Numbered from the stretch's first letter, positions 37,784 to 48,198 are shown. The stretch: DNA of 64,000 nucleotides from a candidate division WWE3 bacterium (GCA_020429745.1 JAGQKZ010000001.1:4572-68571), one strand, 5' to 3'. The notes: generated from the letters alone by a model not told the origin. Program-made: numbers and translations.

Positions 37784-39847
37784 ATGGCAAAAGAGGATTC
37801 GACACAACCGATAGAGGAGATCCGTCAGGAGAAGATTCGAAAGATCGAGGCGATTCGCGCATTAGGAGTTAATCCGTTTCCACCAAAGGCCGAATTTGAA
37901 CTACAACCAATTAATGAGGTACGCGAATTAAAAGAAGACGACAAGGTTGCCGTCGCCGGAAGATTAACGAGCATTCGCACGCATGGTGGGATTACCTTCG
38001 CCGATGTAAAAGATAGAACCGGCAGTATTCAGCTCGCCTTCAAAAAAGACAACCTATCTGAAGACCAACTTAAACTTTTTGCACTCATCGACCCATCCGA
38101 TCACATTGAGGTTAACGGTAGGTTGTTCATAACCAATGCCGGCGAGTTAACGGTAAATGTCGATGATTTCAACCTGCTTGGCAAATCTATTCGTCCCGTA
38201 CCCGACGAGCCGATGAACGACAAGGAGATTCGTTTTCGAAAGCGCTACCTTGATCTTTTAACAAACCCCGACGCCGTGCGCGTCTTTGACATTCGCCACA
38301 GGTTAACCAGCGGAATTCGCAGATTCTTAGACGACAAAAAGCTCGTTGAGGTCGAGACGTCGGTTCTACAACCTCTCTACGGAGGCGCTAACGCCAAGCC
38401 GTTCACCACGCACATCAACGCACTTGACGCTGAAGCATATTTACGAATTGCACCTGAGCTATATCTGAAACGACTCGTTGTGGCAGGTTTTGAAGGAGTT
38501 TACGAGCTGGCGAAGGACTTTAGAAACGAGGGTGTCGACCAAACCCACTTCCCGGAGTTTACAATGCTCGAGGTCTACATCAGCTATATCGACTACCAGA
38601 AGATGATGGACACGATGGAGGAGATGTTCAGATTCTTAAGCAAAGAGGTTTTGGGCATGGATAAGGTGCAAGTGCTCGAAAACGAGATCGATCTAGGTGG
38701 GCAGTGGCAAAGAATCACGATGACAGACCTAATCAAGCAGGAATTAGAGATAAACGTTGAAGAAAAATCACGCGAAGAGTTGTTATCGTTTGCAGAGTCA
38801 CAGCGACTTGAAGTAAACGAGTCGATGACGAAGGGGACGCTAACTTTTCTAATCTTTGATAAGCTAATCAGCCACACTCTACTTGCCCCAACTTGGGTAA
38901 TCGACTACCCTATCGAGGTCAGCCCATTGTCTAAAATGCACAGAAGTAAAGAAGGTTACACCGAGCGATTCGAACTCTACATCGGTGGGGTTGAACTACT
39001 TGACGGCTGGTCAGAGGTCACCGACCCAATCGATCAGCGTTCTCGCTTTGAAGCTGAGAGCTACCGTGACTTTGACGAGACGGAGGCAGCACAACCAGTA
39101 GACGAAGACTTTCTGGAGGCGATCGAGTACGGGTTACCGCCGTTTTCCGGAATCGGTACCGGAATCGACCGGTTAACGATGTTTTTTGCAAACACCTGGT
39201 CGATCCAAGAAACGATCCTCTTCCCTTTCAAAAAGCCGCAAACAAACACAAAACAGGCAATGACTTTTGACGATGACCTGAGTAATCTCCCAAGTCGCGC
39301 CGAAGCAGAACAACTACTCGAGGAACATGTCCTCGACAACTATCAAAGCCTACACGCCAAGATGGTAGCGAGCGTTTTGGAAAAGTATGCAATGCAGTTC
39401 GATCAAAACGACGACCTTTGGTATATCACGGGTTTGTTGCACGATCTTGACTTTAACAAACACCCCGAGGAGCATCCGCAAAAAGCATTAGAATGGTTTA
39501 AAGAGTGGAACTACCCTCAAGAGTTGATTCACGCGATAGGGGCCCATGCGCACGAACGAACCGGAGTCGAGCCGCAGACTCTTTTGGCACAAGCATTAAC
39601 GGCCACGGACGAACTAGCGGGTATTATGTATGCTTATGCACTGCTCCGACCGGAGGGTTTTGAAGGCATGAAGGTGAGTAGTCTGAAAAAGAAGATCAAA
39701 GACAAGGCCTTTGCACCAAACATCGATCGCGAGAGTGTGAGTTACGGTTTAGAGCATTTTGCGGTAGAACCTGAAGAACACATGCAGCTAATGATCGAGG
39801 CGTTTCAAGGACTCCCAGAACTCAAAGACGTTCACGCAGGAGACTAA
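37784..39847 (+). CDS. lysS: Lysyl-tRNA synthetase (class II) fused to a C-terminal ~200-aa HD-domain hydrolase module
   Basis: OB anticodon-binding domain, class II motifs through ...ILFPFKKPQ (~aa 487), then H...LLHDLD...HAIGAHAH...TDELAG HD pattern. Confidence 0.9.
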   Translation: MAKEDSTQPIEEIRQEKIRKIEAIRALGVNPFPPKAEFELQPINEVRELKEDDKVAVAGRLTSIRTHGGITFADVKDRTGSIQLAFKKDNLSEDQLKLFALIDPSDHIEVNGRLFITNAGELTVNVDDFNLLGKSIRPVPDEPMNDKEIRFRKRYLDLLTNPDAVRVFDIRHRLTSGIRRFLDDKKLVEVETSVLQPLYGGANAKPFTTHINALDAEAYLRIAPELYLKRLVVAGFEGVYELAKDFRNEGVDQTHFPEFTMLEVYISYIDYQKMMDTMEEMFRFLSKEVLGMDKVQVLENEIDLGGQWQRITMTDLIKQELEINVEEKSREELLSFAESQRLEVNESMTKGTLTFLIFDKLISHTLLAPTWVIDYPIEVSPLSKMHRSKEGYTERFELYIGGVELLDGWSEVTDPIDQRSRFEAESYRDFDETEAAQPVDEDFLEAIEYGLPPFSGIGTGIDRLTMFFANTWSIQETILFPFKKPQTNTKQAMTFDDDLSNLPSRAEAEQLLEEHVLDNYQSLHAKMVASVLEKYAMQFDQNDDLWYITGLLHDLDFNKHPEEHPQKALEWFKEWNYPQELIHAIGAHAHERTGVEPQTLLAQALTATDELAGIMYAYALLRPEGFEGMKVSSLKKKIKDKAFAPNIDRESVSYGLEHFAVEPEEHMQLMIEAFQGLPELKDVHAGD

Positions 39848-39880
39848 ATCAAATTTCCCTAAGATATATTGAGGCAATTA

Positions 39881-40357
39881 CTACTTGTGAATCTTGACGA
39901 TCTTGTATTCGAGGTTTGTGCCGCTCGGCAACTTTATCTCTACAATATCACCCTGACGAAGACCCAATAGTTGCTCACCTACCGGACTTTCATGGCTGAT
40001 CTTTCCCTGGGCGGGATCGGCCTCGATCGAACCGACGATCGTAAACGTCTGGCGAGAACCTTTAACCTCTACAGTAACCGTAGAACCGATATCAACGGTA
40101 GCCTTCGCTCCACTTTTACCTTCCTCGATTATAGAAGCACGCTCAAGGATATCTTCTATCTCCAAAAGCTTACCTTCGATAACGTCCTTAGCCTTTTTCG
40201 CTTCTTCAAACTCCTGGTTGTCCTCAAGCTTACCAAGTTCACGTGCGTCGCTAACGCGTTTTACAACATTAGGCCACTCTTCCGCCTTCAAGCGATCGTA
40301 CTCAGCCCTTAAATTATCGTACCCAGTTTGTGTGAGGTAGTACTCTTTTTTGTCCAT
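39881..40357 (-). CDS. greA: Transcript cleavage factor GreA paralog 1 (tip residue D41 replaced by K)
   Basis: MDKKEYYLTQTGYDNLRAEYDRLKAEEWPNVVKRVSDARELGKLEDNQEF; C-terminal FKBP-like domain. Confidence 0.85.
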   Translation of the reverse strand: MDKKEYYLTQTGYDNLRAEYDRLKAEEWPNVVKRVSDARELGKLEDNQEFEEAKKAKDVIEGKLLEIEDILERASIIEEGKSGAKATVDIGSTVTVEVKGSRQTFTIVGSIEADPAQGKISHESPVGEQLLGLRQGDIVEIKLPSGTNLEYKIVKIHK

Positions 40358-40358
40358 C

Positions 40359-40817
40359 TTATTTCACCGTCACGATCGTGTATTCAACGACTCCTTTTGG
40401 AGCGTTAAACGAGATCTTTTCGCCTTCACGCGAACCGACCAAAGCCTGGCCTATCGGCGACTCAGACGATATTCGTCCTGTGGCAAGGTCTGCCTCCTGC
40501 TCACCTACAATTATGAACTCCCGTTCTATACCAGCAGTAAACACCGTTACCGTCGAACCGATACCGATTATACCATCATCCGAAGTTGACTCGACGATCT
40601 CTACGTTATCGAGTACGTTTTTCAGCTCCTCCAAGCGTCCTTGGACGATACTGAGGCGATGGCGCGCGGCATGATAGGCACCGTTTTCGCGTAGATCACC
40701 GAGCTCCCGTGCATCACTCATCTGTTTGAGCACGTTCGGACGTTCCACCTCAGAGAGGTACTTGTACTCTTCTTTTAGTTTTTCGTAACCCTCTTTGGTC
40801 AATGTGTAATCAGCCAT
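40359..40817 (-). CDS. greA: Transcript cleavage factor GreA paralog 2 (canonical acidic tip DLRENGAY)
   Basis: MADYTLTKEGYEKLKEEYKYLSEVERPNVLKQMSDARELGDLRENGAYHAARHR; 1-nt gap to paralog 1. Confidence 0.85.
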   Translation of the reverse strand: MADYTLTKEGYEKLKEEYKYLSEVERPNVLKQMSDARELGDLRENGAYHAARHRLSIVQGRLEELKNVLDNVEIVESTSDDGIIGIGSTVTVFTAGIEREFIIVGEQEADLATGRISSESPIGQALVGSREGEKISFNAPKGVVEYTIVTVK

Positions 40818-40893
40818 AAATCGCTCCAAAACCTTTACATGCGTGCTTTTTCGCACTTTGGGAGACCAGAAACAATACAAAACTACAACTCGC

Positions 40894-40923
40894 AAATTAT
40901 AATAACTAGGAAAGGGTGCGTCA
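40894..40923 (-). promoter_or_regulatory. Putative sigma70 promoter (TTGACG N17 TATAAT on minus strand) upstream of greA pair
   Basis: Near-consensus hexamers, about 70 nt before greA paralog 2 ATG. Confidence 0.4.
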
Positions 40924-40931
40924 AGTTAAGC

Positions 40932-41987
40932 CTAAGTCCTCTTTATCGCTTTTATCTCCTGATACACGATTAATAAAACAGCGGTGAAAGGGATCGCCAG
41001 CAAGGCACCCAACGTACCTGCTACGCGTGAACCCACCATTAAAGACAGTACTACTAGTAACGGATCTATACCGACCGCACGTTTCATAATTCGCGGCACG
41101 AGGATATTGTTCTCTATCTGTTGGATCGCCAGATACGCAACAAAAACAATCAGCGCCTTCAGTGGCGAGATGGTAAAAACAACGATAACCGCGGGAATCA
41201 AAGCCAATATCGGACCGACGATCGGAATAACCTCAAACGCACCTGCAAGCAGCGCTAGCGGAACCGCGTACTCGATTCGTAGAACCGTTAACAACGTCCA
41301 CGTCATCAGACCGATCACCAACATCAGAAGAAGCTGGCCGCGCAACCAGGCACCCAGCTTTTCGTCAACCTGATCAATCAACTTAACGAGTCGTTTTTTG
41401 TTATTAACCGGAATAATGTTCACAAGAACACTCCTGACCTTCTCCCTCTCCAACGTCAAGTAGAAGGTAAAGACAAGTATTACTACCAGATTAACGATAT
41501 TGCTGAGAACTCCGGCGCCAAAACGCACGATACTCACAGGCGCTGCGCTAAGCTGTGTGGACAATCCCTGCAAAACGTTCTGCACATAAACTAGAACGTC
41601 GCGATTGTTAAACACACCCTTAAAGTCGACAGAGGTGACAAACTCCCAGACGATAACGGGTAATCGTTCTATAAAAGCGCGCATCTGGTTAAACAGTGGC
41701 GGGAGTGAAACACCAATCAGGAAGCTGACCAATATCAGCATCGCCAAGTATAGGCTTATAAGCGCCAACCAGCGTGGAACCTGAAGCTTTTCAAGGCGCG
41801 ATACAACAGGCGTCAACGCCGTCATTAGGATATATGAGACCACAAGCAGGAGGACGATATCGTAAACCATGACACCCAAAACAATAAGCGCGACATAAAG
41901 TGCAACTCGGACAATGAGTGAAGTATTAATCTCCAACCTATTCATGGCAGTATTACTAACTATGATACCATCCTTCGACTGTTTCAA
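40932..41987 (-). CDS. AI-2E/PerM (UPF0118) family membrane transporter
   Basis: 351 aa, about 8 TM, characteristic size and topology; overlaps miaA end by 32 nt. Confidence 0.5.
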   Translation of the reverse strand: MKQSKDGIIVSNTAMNRLEINTSLIVRVALYVALIVLGVMVYDIVLLLVVSYILMTALTPVVSRLEKLQVPRWLALISLYLAMLILVSFLIGVSLPPLFNQMRAFIERLPVIVWEFVTSVDFKGVFNNRDVLVYVQNVLQGLSTQLSAAPVSIVRFGAGVLSNIVNLVVILVFTFYLTLEREKVRSVLVNIIPVNNKKRLVKLIDQVDEKLGAWLRGQLLLMLVIGLMTWTLLTVLRIEYAVPLALLAGAFEVIPIVGPILALIPAVIVVFTISPLKALIVFVAYLAIQQIENNILVPRIMKRAVGIDPLLVVLSLMVGSRVAGTLGALLAIPFTAVLLIVYQEIKAIKRT

Positions 41988-42924
41988 AGACCAGAGACTT
42001 AAATCCAGGATCAGTTATATCAAACCAGTGGATCTTGTTGTTTCGCTTGAACCACACCATCTGTCGCTTAATATACTGATGCAGGCGAAACTGCGTTCTC
42101 GTAATCGCATCTTTAAGGGGAAGCTCGCCGTTTAGATGCATCAGTCCTTCGTTATAGATAAAGCCACGCTTGAGCACTGGGGAGACATTAGGCGTCGTTG
42201 CAACTAGCTCAATCTCGCTTCGGAATACACTCGTATGAAAAAGCTCGTTGACCCAATCGTCCGCCTTCCGGTAAAGATATTCACGACTAGACGTTAGGCC
42301 GATAAATAAAACATCGATATCAGCATGTTGCAGCGGCGAATAGTAGATACCTTTACCAACAGACCCCGCCTGTTCTGCAATCTCGATGAAGCGGATAAGA
42401 CGCTGCTTATTTGATGAATCAGCGGTATTTAGTCGTTTTAAAACATTCGGGTCGATCGATAGCAACCGTGATTGCAGTTCCTTAACAGAAAGTTCTTGCA
42501 AGCTTTCACGCAACCTATAATCCACTCCGACAGCACTAATCGGAGAGATCCCCAGGAGTCCATCCGCGTAGAAACCGCTGCCACCAACGACTATTGGTAA
42601 CCGATCATTCTTCGTTATTCGATCTATCTCTAGCAAAGCCATATCAACATACTCACCGACCGAAAACGACCTGGTGATATCGATGACATCGTAAAGATTT
42701 ATACGCACATCATCCTGCAACCAATAACCATCGTGGCGACTGACTGTTGCTTCGTCACCAACCCGAAGCTTGTTCGTCGTGTAATCGAGCGATTTATAAA
42801 CCTGTCGGGAGTCTGCTGAGATAATCTCGCCTTGTAGACTTTTGAGGATGGAGGCCGCAAGAGACGTCTTCCCGGTACCTGTCGGACCAACAATGACGAG
42901 TATTGGGGTTTTGGATCTGTTCAT
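41956..42924 (-). CDS. miaA: tRNA dimethylallyltransferase MiaA (start at MNRSKTPILVIVGPTGTGK)
   Basis: P-loop GPTGTGKT, ISADSRQVYKSLD motif. Confidence 0.9.
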   Translation of the reverse strand: MNRSKTPILVIVGPTGTGKTSLAASILKSLQGEIISADSRQVYKSLDYTTNKLRVGDEATVSRHDGYWLQDDVRINLYDVIDITRSFSVGEYVDMALLEIDRITKNDRLPIVVGGSGFYADGLLGISPISAVGVDYRLRESLQELSVKELQSRLLSIDPNVLKRLNTADSSNKQRLIRFIEIAEQAGSVGKGIYYSPLQHADIDVLFIGLTSSREYLYRKADDWVNELFHTSVFRSEIELVATTPNVSPVLKRGFIYNEGLMHLNGELPLKDAITRTQFRLHQYIKRQMVWFKRNNKIHWFDITDPGFKSLVFETVEGWYHS

Positions 42925-42958
42925 CAACCTATATTGTAACCGTTTACACCAACAGAAA

Positions 42959-42984
42959 AACCCCTCTTTGGGGGTTTTTCTGCA
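42959..42984 (-). terminator. Rho-independent terminator (aaaacccc-tcttt-gggggtttt), downstream of hup; symmetric A/T tracts allow bidirectional function
   Basis: GC stem with flanking A5 and T5 tracts. Confidence 0.55.
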
Positions 42985-43058
42985 AGCGTAAATGCTCAAA
43001 TCGAACATGGAGTTTTGATCTTCTGATCAATAACTCCCAGAAAGTGATTGTGAAACAA

Positions 43059-43331
43059 TTACTTTACAGCGTCCTTAAGAGCAGATCCAGCCCTGAACGC
43101 AGGAGTATCCTGTGCAGGGATGTGAATTGGCTCCCCGGTCTGTGGGTTGCGGCCCATGCGAGCTGCACGGTTACGAACCAAGAAAGTACCAAAACCGGTC
43201 AAGGTAACCTTGTTACCCTTGCCAAGCTCCTCGGAAACAATGTCCAACAGAGCATTGAGAGCGTCTTCTGCTGCGCGCTTTGTAAGATCTGCGCGTTCTG
43301 CGAGTTCTTGAATTACTTGAGTTTTATTCAC
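43059..43331 (-). CDS. hup: DNA-binding protein HU (GTG start with GGGAGGTGA SD)
   Basis: MNKTQVIQELAERADLTKRAAEDALNALLDIVSEEL...RNPQTGEPIHIPA arm motif. Confidence 0.9.
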   Translation of the reverse strand: MNKTQVIQELAERADLTKRAAEDALNALLDIVSEELGKGNKVTLTGFGTFLVRNRAARMGRNPQTGEPIHIPAQDTPAFRAGSALKDAVK

Positions 43332-43563
43332 TATTCATTCACCTCCCTTCACAAACCTTACCAATAATAGGTAAGTGACAACTAACATCAAAAGCACCGC
43401 CATGACAGTGTTTACGGTTTGCTGTTAACTGCTACTTAAATACTATTTGTAAGCGACTAACCAATCCCATCCAATAACGTACGAGCGTACTTTCCGGCTA
43501 CATAGAGCCGTAAAACTGGCCGAATTCGATCTATAGCGAGATTATCACCAATTCTAATCTATG

Positions 43564-44367
43564 TCAAGGTATTACCTTGTCTGCTCGCGCAAAACCAACC
43601 ACCGTTTTTTGAGACGAGATTTCAACGAGGACACTGTTAAAAATCTTCTCCCCCTCGTACTCCCATTCGAAGATGCGCGGCTTGGGATTTATGAACCGAT
43701 TTATGATAATGTCCTTCTTCACACCGAGCACCGATTCGTTGTTACCACACATACCTACATCGCTTATATAAAACGTTCCGCCCTTGAGAACCTGAGCGTC
43801 GGCGGTAGGAACATGGGTGTGCGTGCCATAAATAATATTGGCACGTCCGTCAACGTAAAATCCCATCGCTCTCTTCTCGCTTGTCGCCTCCGCATGAAAA
43901 TCCAGGATCACGATATCACCTTCTTTTACCACCTCAGCAAACAACTTATCGAAACTTAAAAACGGATTATTTACCGGTGCGTCCATGCTGTACTGCCCCT
44001 CCAAATTCATAATTACAACCGGCACGCCCTTTACCTCCGTGCGAATATAACCAACACCTGGGACGTCCGCAGCATAGTTTGCCGGACGAACAACCCCCAA
44101 CGATTCGTTCTCCAACAAATCCTCCCAACCTCCTCGGTAAAAGACATGATTGCCGCTCGTGAAGAAATCGACACCTGCATCGATCATCTCATACAACCCC
44201 TTCTCGTTAATCCCCTTGCCGCCCGCTAAGTTCTCAGCGTTTGCGATGACGAGGTCGACCCCCTCCTCCTCTTTTATTTGAGGAAGAACCGTTTGAACAG
44301 CGCGACGCCCAGGACGCGCAACAACGTCACCGATCAAGAGAATTTTTAGATTTGAGTTCTTAGTCAT
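43564..44367 (-). CDS. ymdB: YmdB-family metallophosphoesterase (2',3'-cNMP phosphodiesterase-like, TIGR00282)
   Basis: LKILLIGDVVARPGR, GNHVF motifs; located downstream of rny as in Firmicutes. Confidence 0.8.
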   Translation of the reverse strand: MTKNSNLKILLIGDVVARPGRRAVQTVLPQIKEEEGVDLVIANAENLAGGKGINEKGLYEMIDAGVDFFTSGNHVFYRGGWEDLLENESLGVVRPANYAADVPGVGYIRTEVKGVPVVIMNLEGQYSMDAPVNNPFLSFDKLFAEVVKEGDIVILDFHAEATSEKRAMGFYVDGRANIIYGTHTHVPTADAQVLKGGTFYISDVGMCGNNESVLGVKKDIIINRFINPKPRIFEWEYEGEKIFNSVLVEISSQKTVVGFARADKVIP

Positions 44368-44465
44368 AGTTTCAGTAGTTTCGGACTGTGCGTTGCGGGT
44401 TATCGAGAGCCGGGTCACTGTTTCCCTTGTGACAAATTACCAGTTCCGAGTTACCAACCTGTGGA

Positions 44466-45863
44466 TCAACCCGGCTTTGCAACAGCACTCGCTCGCGTCT
44501 CGCGCACAACATTAACCTTGATAGGAGCCGGAAAATTCGTAATCCTTTCGTGGATCTCGTGCGCGATATCATGCGCTAGTTTAAACATCTCGGCGTCACT
44601 AATCTCCGCAGGGTTTACAAGAACCCTAACCTCTTTGCCGGCTGCTATCGCGTAGCTCTTTTGCACACCCGCAAATGCATCCGCAATCTCTTCCAACTCT
44701 TTCACCCGGTTTACATACCCCTCGTAATCTTCCTTACGCGCGCCCGGCCTTGCCCCTGAGATAGCATCGGCGAGGTACATGATAACTGCTTCCGGCGTTG
44801 GGAGCACGTCTGTGTGATGTCCTTCGAAAGCGACCACAACGTCTTCAGCGACGCCATACCGTCTGCAGATCTCCGCTCCCACCTCAGCGTGACCTTGATC
44901 GGTCTCTGCTGTAACCGCTTTACCAATGTCGTGGAGAAGGCAAGCTCTCTTTACAACCTCAACGTTTGCACCTACCTCAGTAGCAATCGCCGCCCCAAGC
45001 TTAATCACCTCGAGCGTGTGTTCAATCATATTCTGACCGTAGGAGCTTCTAAATTTAAGCCGCCCCAATAGATCTACTATCTCCTGTGCAAATCCTGTAA
45101 GACCTGCTCGATAAAGCAGGTCCTCACCAGCCTCACGAATCACGGCGTCAACCTCTTCTTTACTTGCCTTGATAGCCTCCTCGATGCGTGTTGGCTGAAT
45201 GCGCCCGTCAGCTACCAACTTCTCCATTGCGCGCTTAGCGATCTCGCGACGTACAGGGTCAAAGCTAGAGACGGTAACGACAGGTTCGCCCGGCTCACCT
45301 ATCTCAACGCTCACCCCCGAGTGTTCCTCAAAAGCTTTTATGTTACGACCATCCTTACCGATAATCCTGCCTTTGATGTCTTCGTCTGGTAAGTCAACGC
45401 TGTAGGTTGTGTATTCGCCAACGTTCTCTGTACCGACGCGTTGCATAGCACTGACAAGAATCCCGCGTGCACGACGATCTGATTCGGCCTTTATCTTGTC
45501 CTCGTTCTCGCGGATCCTTCGTGCGTACTCCTCGGCAAGCTCTTTATCGATAACGTTAAGTAACTTCTCTTCCGCTTCCTTTTTAGATAAACCGTCAATC
45601 TTTTCCAAGGCCGCAGCCTCTTTCTCGTAAATCTCGACCAGTTGTTTCTCTTTTTCCTCAGATCTTTTGATGACAACCGACAACTGCTCCTCTTTACCGC
45701 TTACGTCCTCGAGCCTGGCTTCAGCCTGCTGTTTAATCGATAGCGCTTCACTTTTCGCCTCCAGAACAAGCTCACGCGCCGCTGCCTTTAGCTCTTCAGC
45801 GACCTGAGAATCAGCGTTAAACGACGAGAGGAGTTGTTCCAATCTGGTCTTCAATTCATCCAT
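44466..45863 (-). CDS. rny: Ribonuclease Y (KH + HD domains), no N-terminal TM helix in this ORF
   Basis: Coiled-coil N-region, KH GKDGRNIKAFEEHSGVSVEIG, HD LLHDIGKA. Confidence 0.85.
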   Translation of the reverse strand: MDELKTRLEQLLSSFNADSQVAEELKAAARELVLEAKSEALSIKQQAEARLEDVSGKEEQLSVVIKRSEEKEKQLVEIYEKEAAALEKIDGLSKKEAEEKLLNVIDKELAEEYARRIRENEDKIKAESDRRARGILVSAMQRVGTENVGEYTTYSVDLPDEDIKGRIIGKDGRNIKAFEEHSGVSVEIGEPGEPVVTVSSFDPVRREIAKRAMEKLVADGRIQPTRIEEAIKASKEEVDAVIREAGEDLLYRAGLTGFAQEIVDLLGRLKFRSSYGQNMIEHTLEVIKLGAAIATEVGANVEVVKRACLLHDIGKAVTAETDQGHAEVGAEICRRYGVAEDVVVAFEGHHTDVLPTPEAVIMYLADAISGARPGARKEDYEGYVNRVKELEEIADAFAGVQKSYAIAAGKEVRVLVNPAEISDAEMFKLAHDIAHEIHERITNFPAPIKVNVVRETRASAVAKPG

Positions 45864-45937
45864 TTCGTGCCTTATTGTAGCATACGAAAGGCAAAATAGG
45901 CATTAATCAAGCAAAAAGACGGTTTCAGAATAGATCG

Positions 45938-46585
45938 CTAAGCAACCTTCGGTTTGATATCGGCCCAGGAGTAGCCACGACGCATCAGGTAATCCACTAA
46001 GCGTTTTTTGTCTTTGGAATCGGACAAATCATATCTATCTTTAACCTTTTCCAGCAACTTATCGAGGAGGTCCTCGGAAGACATCCCCATACTCTTCCAC
46101 ACCGACTCCGTCAAATTCGGCGATATGCCTTTTTTAATAAGCTCACTCTTTATCTTTATCAGACTATCAGGTTTAGCCTTCTGCGTACGTTGTTCTATCC
46201 ACCATCTAGTAAATTCACGATCGTCAATATACTTAAGCTTTACAAGCCTTAGGATCAGTGCATCGACTACCTGTTCGATAGCCGAATCCCCCTCCTCCAC
46301 TGCCGAAAGCTTGTAGGTAAAGACCTTTTTACGGATGTAATCACGCATCTCGCGCTCAGAACGTGGTCTTCTAGCTAAATAGTCCAATGCTTTCGCATAC
46401 ACCTTGTTGATCTCCGATTCCTGAAGAATCTGCTCAAGCTCGAGCTGCCCCACCTCAAGTCCTTTTTTAATTCCGTACTTAAGCAAAACCTCTTCGTCGA
46501 CTCCACAGTAAAAACTCCCATCTACATAGATGCTAAAACGAGACTGATTCTTTTTTTGTGTTTCGACTGAGGTTACGTGCGGCAT
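45938..46585 (-). CDS. recX: RecX-like regulatory protein
   Basis: RFSIYVDGSF...YLARRPRSEREMRDYIRKK pattern of RecX; recA upstream on same strand. Confidence 0.7.
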   Translation of the reverse strand: MPHVTSVETQKKNQSRFSIYVDGSFYCGVDEEVLLKYGIKKGLEVGQLELEQILQESEINKVYAKALDYLARRPRSEREMRDYIRKKVFTYKLSAVEEGDSAIEQVVDALILRLVKLKYIDDREFTRWWIEQRTQKAKPDSLIKIKSELIKKGISPNLTESVWKSMGMSSEDLLDKLLEKVKDRYDLSDSKDKKRLVDYLMRRGYSWADIKPKVA

Positions 46586-46629
46586 TTGTGTATTAACTAA
46601 CCTTTATTTTAGTATAATCAAAGACGACA

Positions 46630-47013
46630 ATGGAAAAACCCAAATTTAACGGCATCTCTGCAATCTTAATCTGGTCAGAAGACTACGAAAAGCTCGCTGA
46701 CTGGTACAAAGACAAGTTAGGACTTACGGAGATTGAGCAGATTCATCACCCCGAAGATACCGGAGTTGGTTTGTCGGTTGGTGGTTTCTACTTGTGGATT
46801 GGCAAACATTCCGAGGTTCATGGGCAAGCAAAGGATGCACACCGCATCATGTTTAACATCAGTGTCGACTCAGTCAAAGAAACACACGAGGTTCTTGTTA
46901 ACAACGATGTGGAATGCATCGCTGCACCATTCAAAGCCCCGACGTTCGATAAGTACTTTGCGACTTTTAAGGATCTTGACGGGAATATCTTTCAGATAAT
47001 CGGGGCGATGTAG
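46630..47013 (+). CDS. VOC/glyoxalase-bleomycin resistance family protein
   Basis: 127 aa, beta-alpha-beta-beta-beta module pattern; wedged between recA and recX on opposite strand. Confidence 0.75.
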   Translation: MEKPKFNGISAILIWSEDYEKLADWYKDKLGLTEIEQIHHPEDTGVGLSVGGFYLWIGKHSEVHGQAKDAHRIMFNISVDSVKETHEVLVNNDVECIAAPFKAPTFDKYFATFKDLDGNIFQIIGAM

Positions 47014-47018
47014 AGCTC

Positions 47019-48110
47019 CTACTCTTTGGAACCCTTGCTCGATTTCTCAGGCTTTTCTGTTGGCAACGGTTCGTCGTCCTCATCTTCTTCAGCACCAAGG
47101 ACAAGCGGCGCCCCATCCTCTTTCATCTTAGCTAATACCTCTTTCTCAACCTTCTTTGCAAGCTCTGGGCGTTCTTTAAGCAGATCGCGAACAGCTTCGC
47201 GTCCTTGACCTAACTTCTCATCACCGTAACTAAACCACGAACCCGACTTGTTCATCACACCAACCTCGGTGGCGACGTCGATAAGGCTCCCCTCCCAACT
47301 GATACCGGTACCAAAGAGGATATCAAACTCTGCCACCTTGAAAGGAGGAGCCAACTTGTTCTTCACTACCTTCACGCGTACACGATTTCCCAGGTCCTGA
47401 TCTCCTTGCTTAATAGAACTGATGCGTCGAATATCCATGCGGATACTGGAGTAAAACTTCAACGCCCGACCGCCGGTTGTGGTCTCCGGATTACCAAACA
47501 TCACGCCAATCTTCATTCGCAACTGGTTAATAAAGATGACCGTACAGTTGGAGCGATTAATCGCGCCAGTAAGCTTGCGTAACGCTTGACTCATAAGCCT
47601 TGCCTGCAATCCCATATGTGAGTCGCCCATCTCACCCTCAATCTCTGCCCGCGGTACCAAGGCCGCCACAGAGTCAACGACTATCACATCGATACCACCT
47701 GATCTCACGAGCGTTTCGGTGATCTCTAAGGCCTGCTCTCCGGTATCAGGCTGTGACACAAGCAGATCGTCAAGATTAACACCAATTTTTCCGGCGTAAA
47801 CAGGATCAAGAGCGTGTTCAGCGTCTACAAAAGCTGCAGTACCGCCTTGTTTCTGCACGTTAGCTAAAACGTGCAATGCGAGTGTTGTTTTACCGCTGGA
47901 CTCGGGACCGAAGATCTCAACGATCCTTCCACGAGGAACGCCCCCGATGCCAAGAGCTAAATCGAGTGCAATAGAACCGGTCGGAACAACACGCAAGCCT
48001 TCAACGTGCTGGTCCTCACCAAGCTTCATAATCGAGCCCTTGCCGAACTGTTTTTCTATCTGTTCCATCGCAAGCTTTACCGCCTGCATTCTTTCATCGT
48101 TTTGCGCCAT
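47019..48110 (-). CDS. recA: Recombinase RecA
   Basis: GPESSGKTT Walker A, L1/L2 loops, acidic C-terminal tail. Confidence 0.95.
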   Translation of the reverse strand: MAQNDERMQAVKLAMEQIEKQFGKGSIMKLGEDQHVEGLRVVPTGSIALDLALGIGGVPRGRIVEIFGPESSGKTTLALHVLANVQKQGGTAAFVDAEHALDPVYAGKIGVNLDDLLVSQPDTGEQALEITETLVRSGGIDVIVVDSVAALVPRAEIEGEMGDSHMGLQARLMSQALRKLTGAINRSNCTVIFINQLRMKIGVMFGNPETTTGGRALKFYSSIRMDIRRISSIKQGDQDLGNRVRVKVVKNKLAPPFKVAEFDILFGTGISWEGSLIDVATEVGVMNKSGSWFSYGDEKLGQGREAVRDLLKERPELAKKVEKEVLAKMKEDGAPLVLGAEEDEDDEPLPTEKPEKSSKGSKE

Positions 48111-48168
48111 AATGACTTAACTCCAAGACAACCGATCTTCGAGTGAAGTAATTATATCACTTTAAAAT

Positions 48169-48198
48169 ATTCTACCACCTAGCGTATATACGTGTCAA
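48169..48198 (-). promoter_or_regulatory. Putative recA promoter (TTGACA N18 TAGAAT on minus strand) overlapped by a 7-bp-arm palindrome
   Basis: Hexamers about 50 nt upstream of recA ATG; palindrome cgtatat-N8-atatacg covers the -35. Confidence 0.45.

Noticed and set aside
44466-45863. Missing N-terminal TM helix of RNase Y as evidence of gene truncation
   Set aside because: The ORF begins with Met and a coiled-coil. Upstream extension cannot be excluded without checking the in-frame upstream sequence. Treated as a note, not a pseudogene call.
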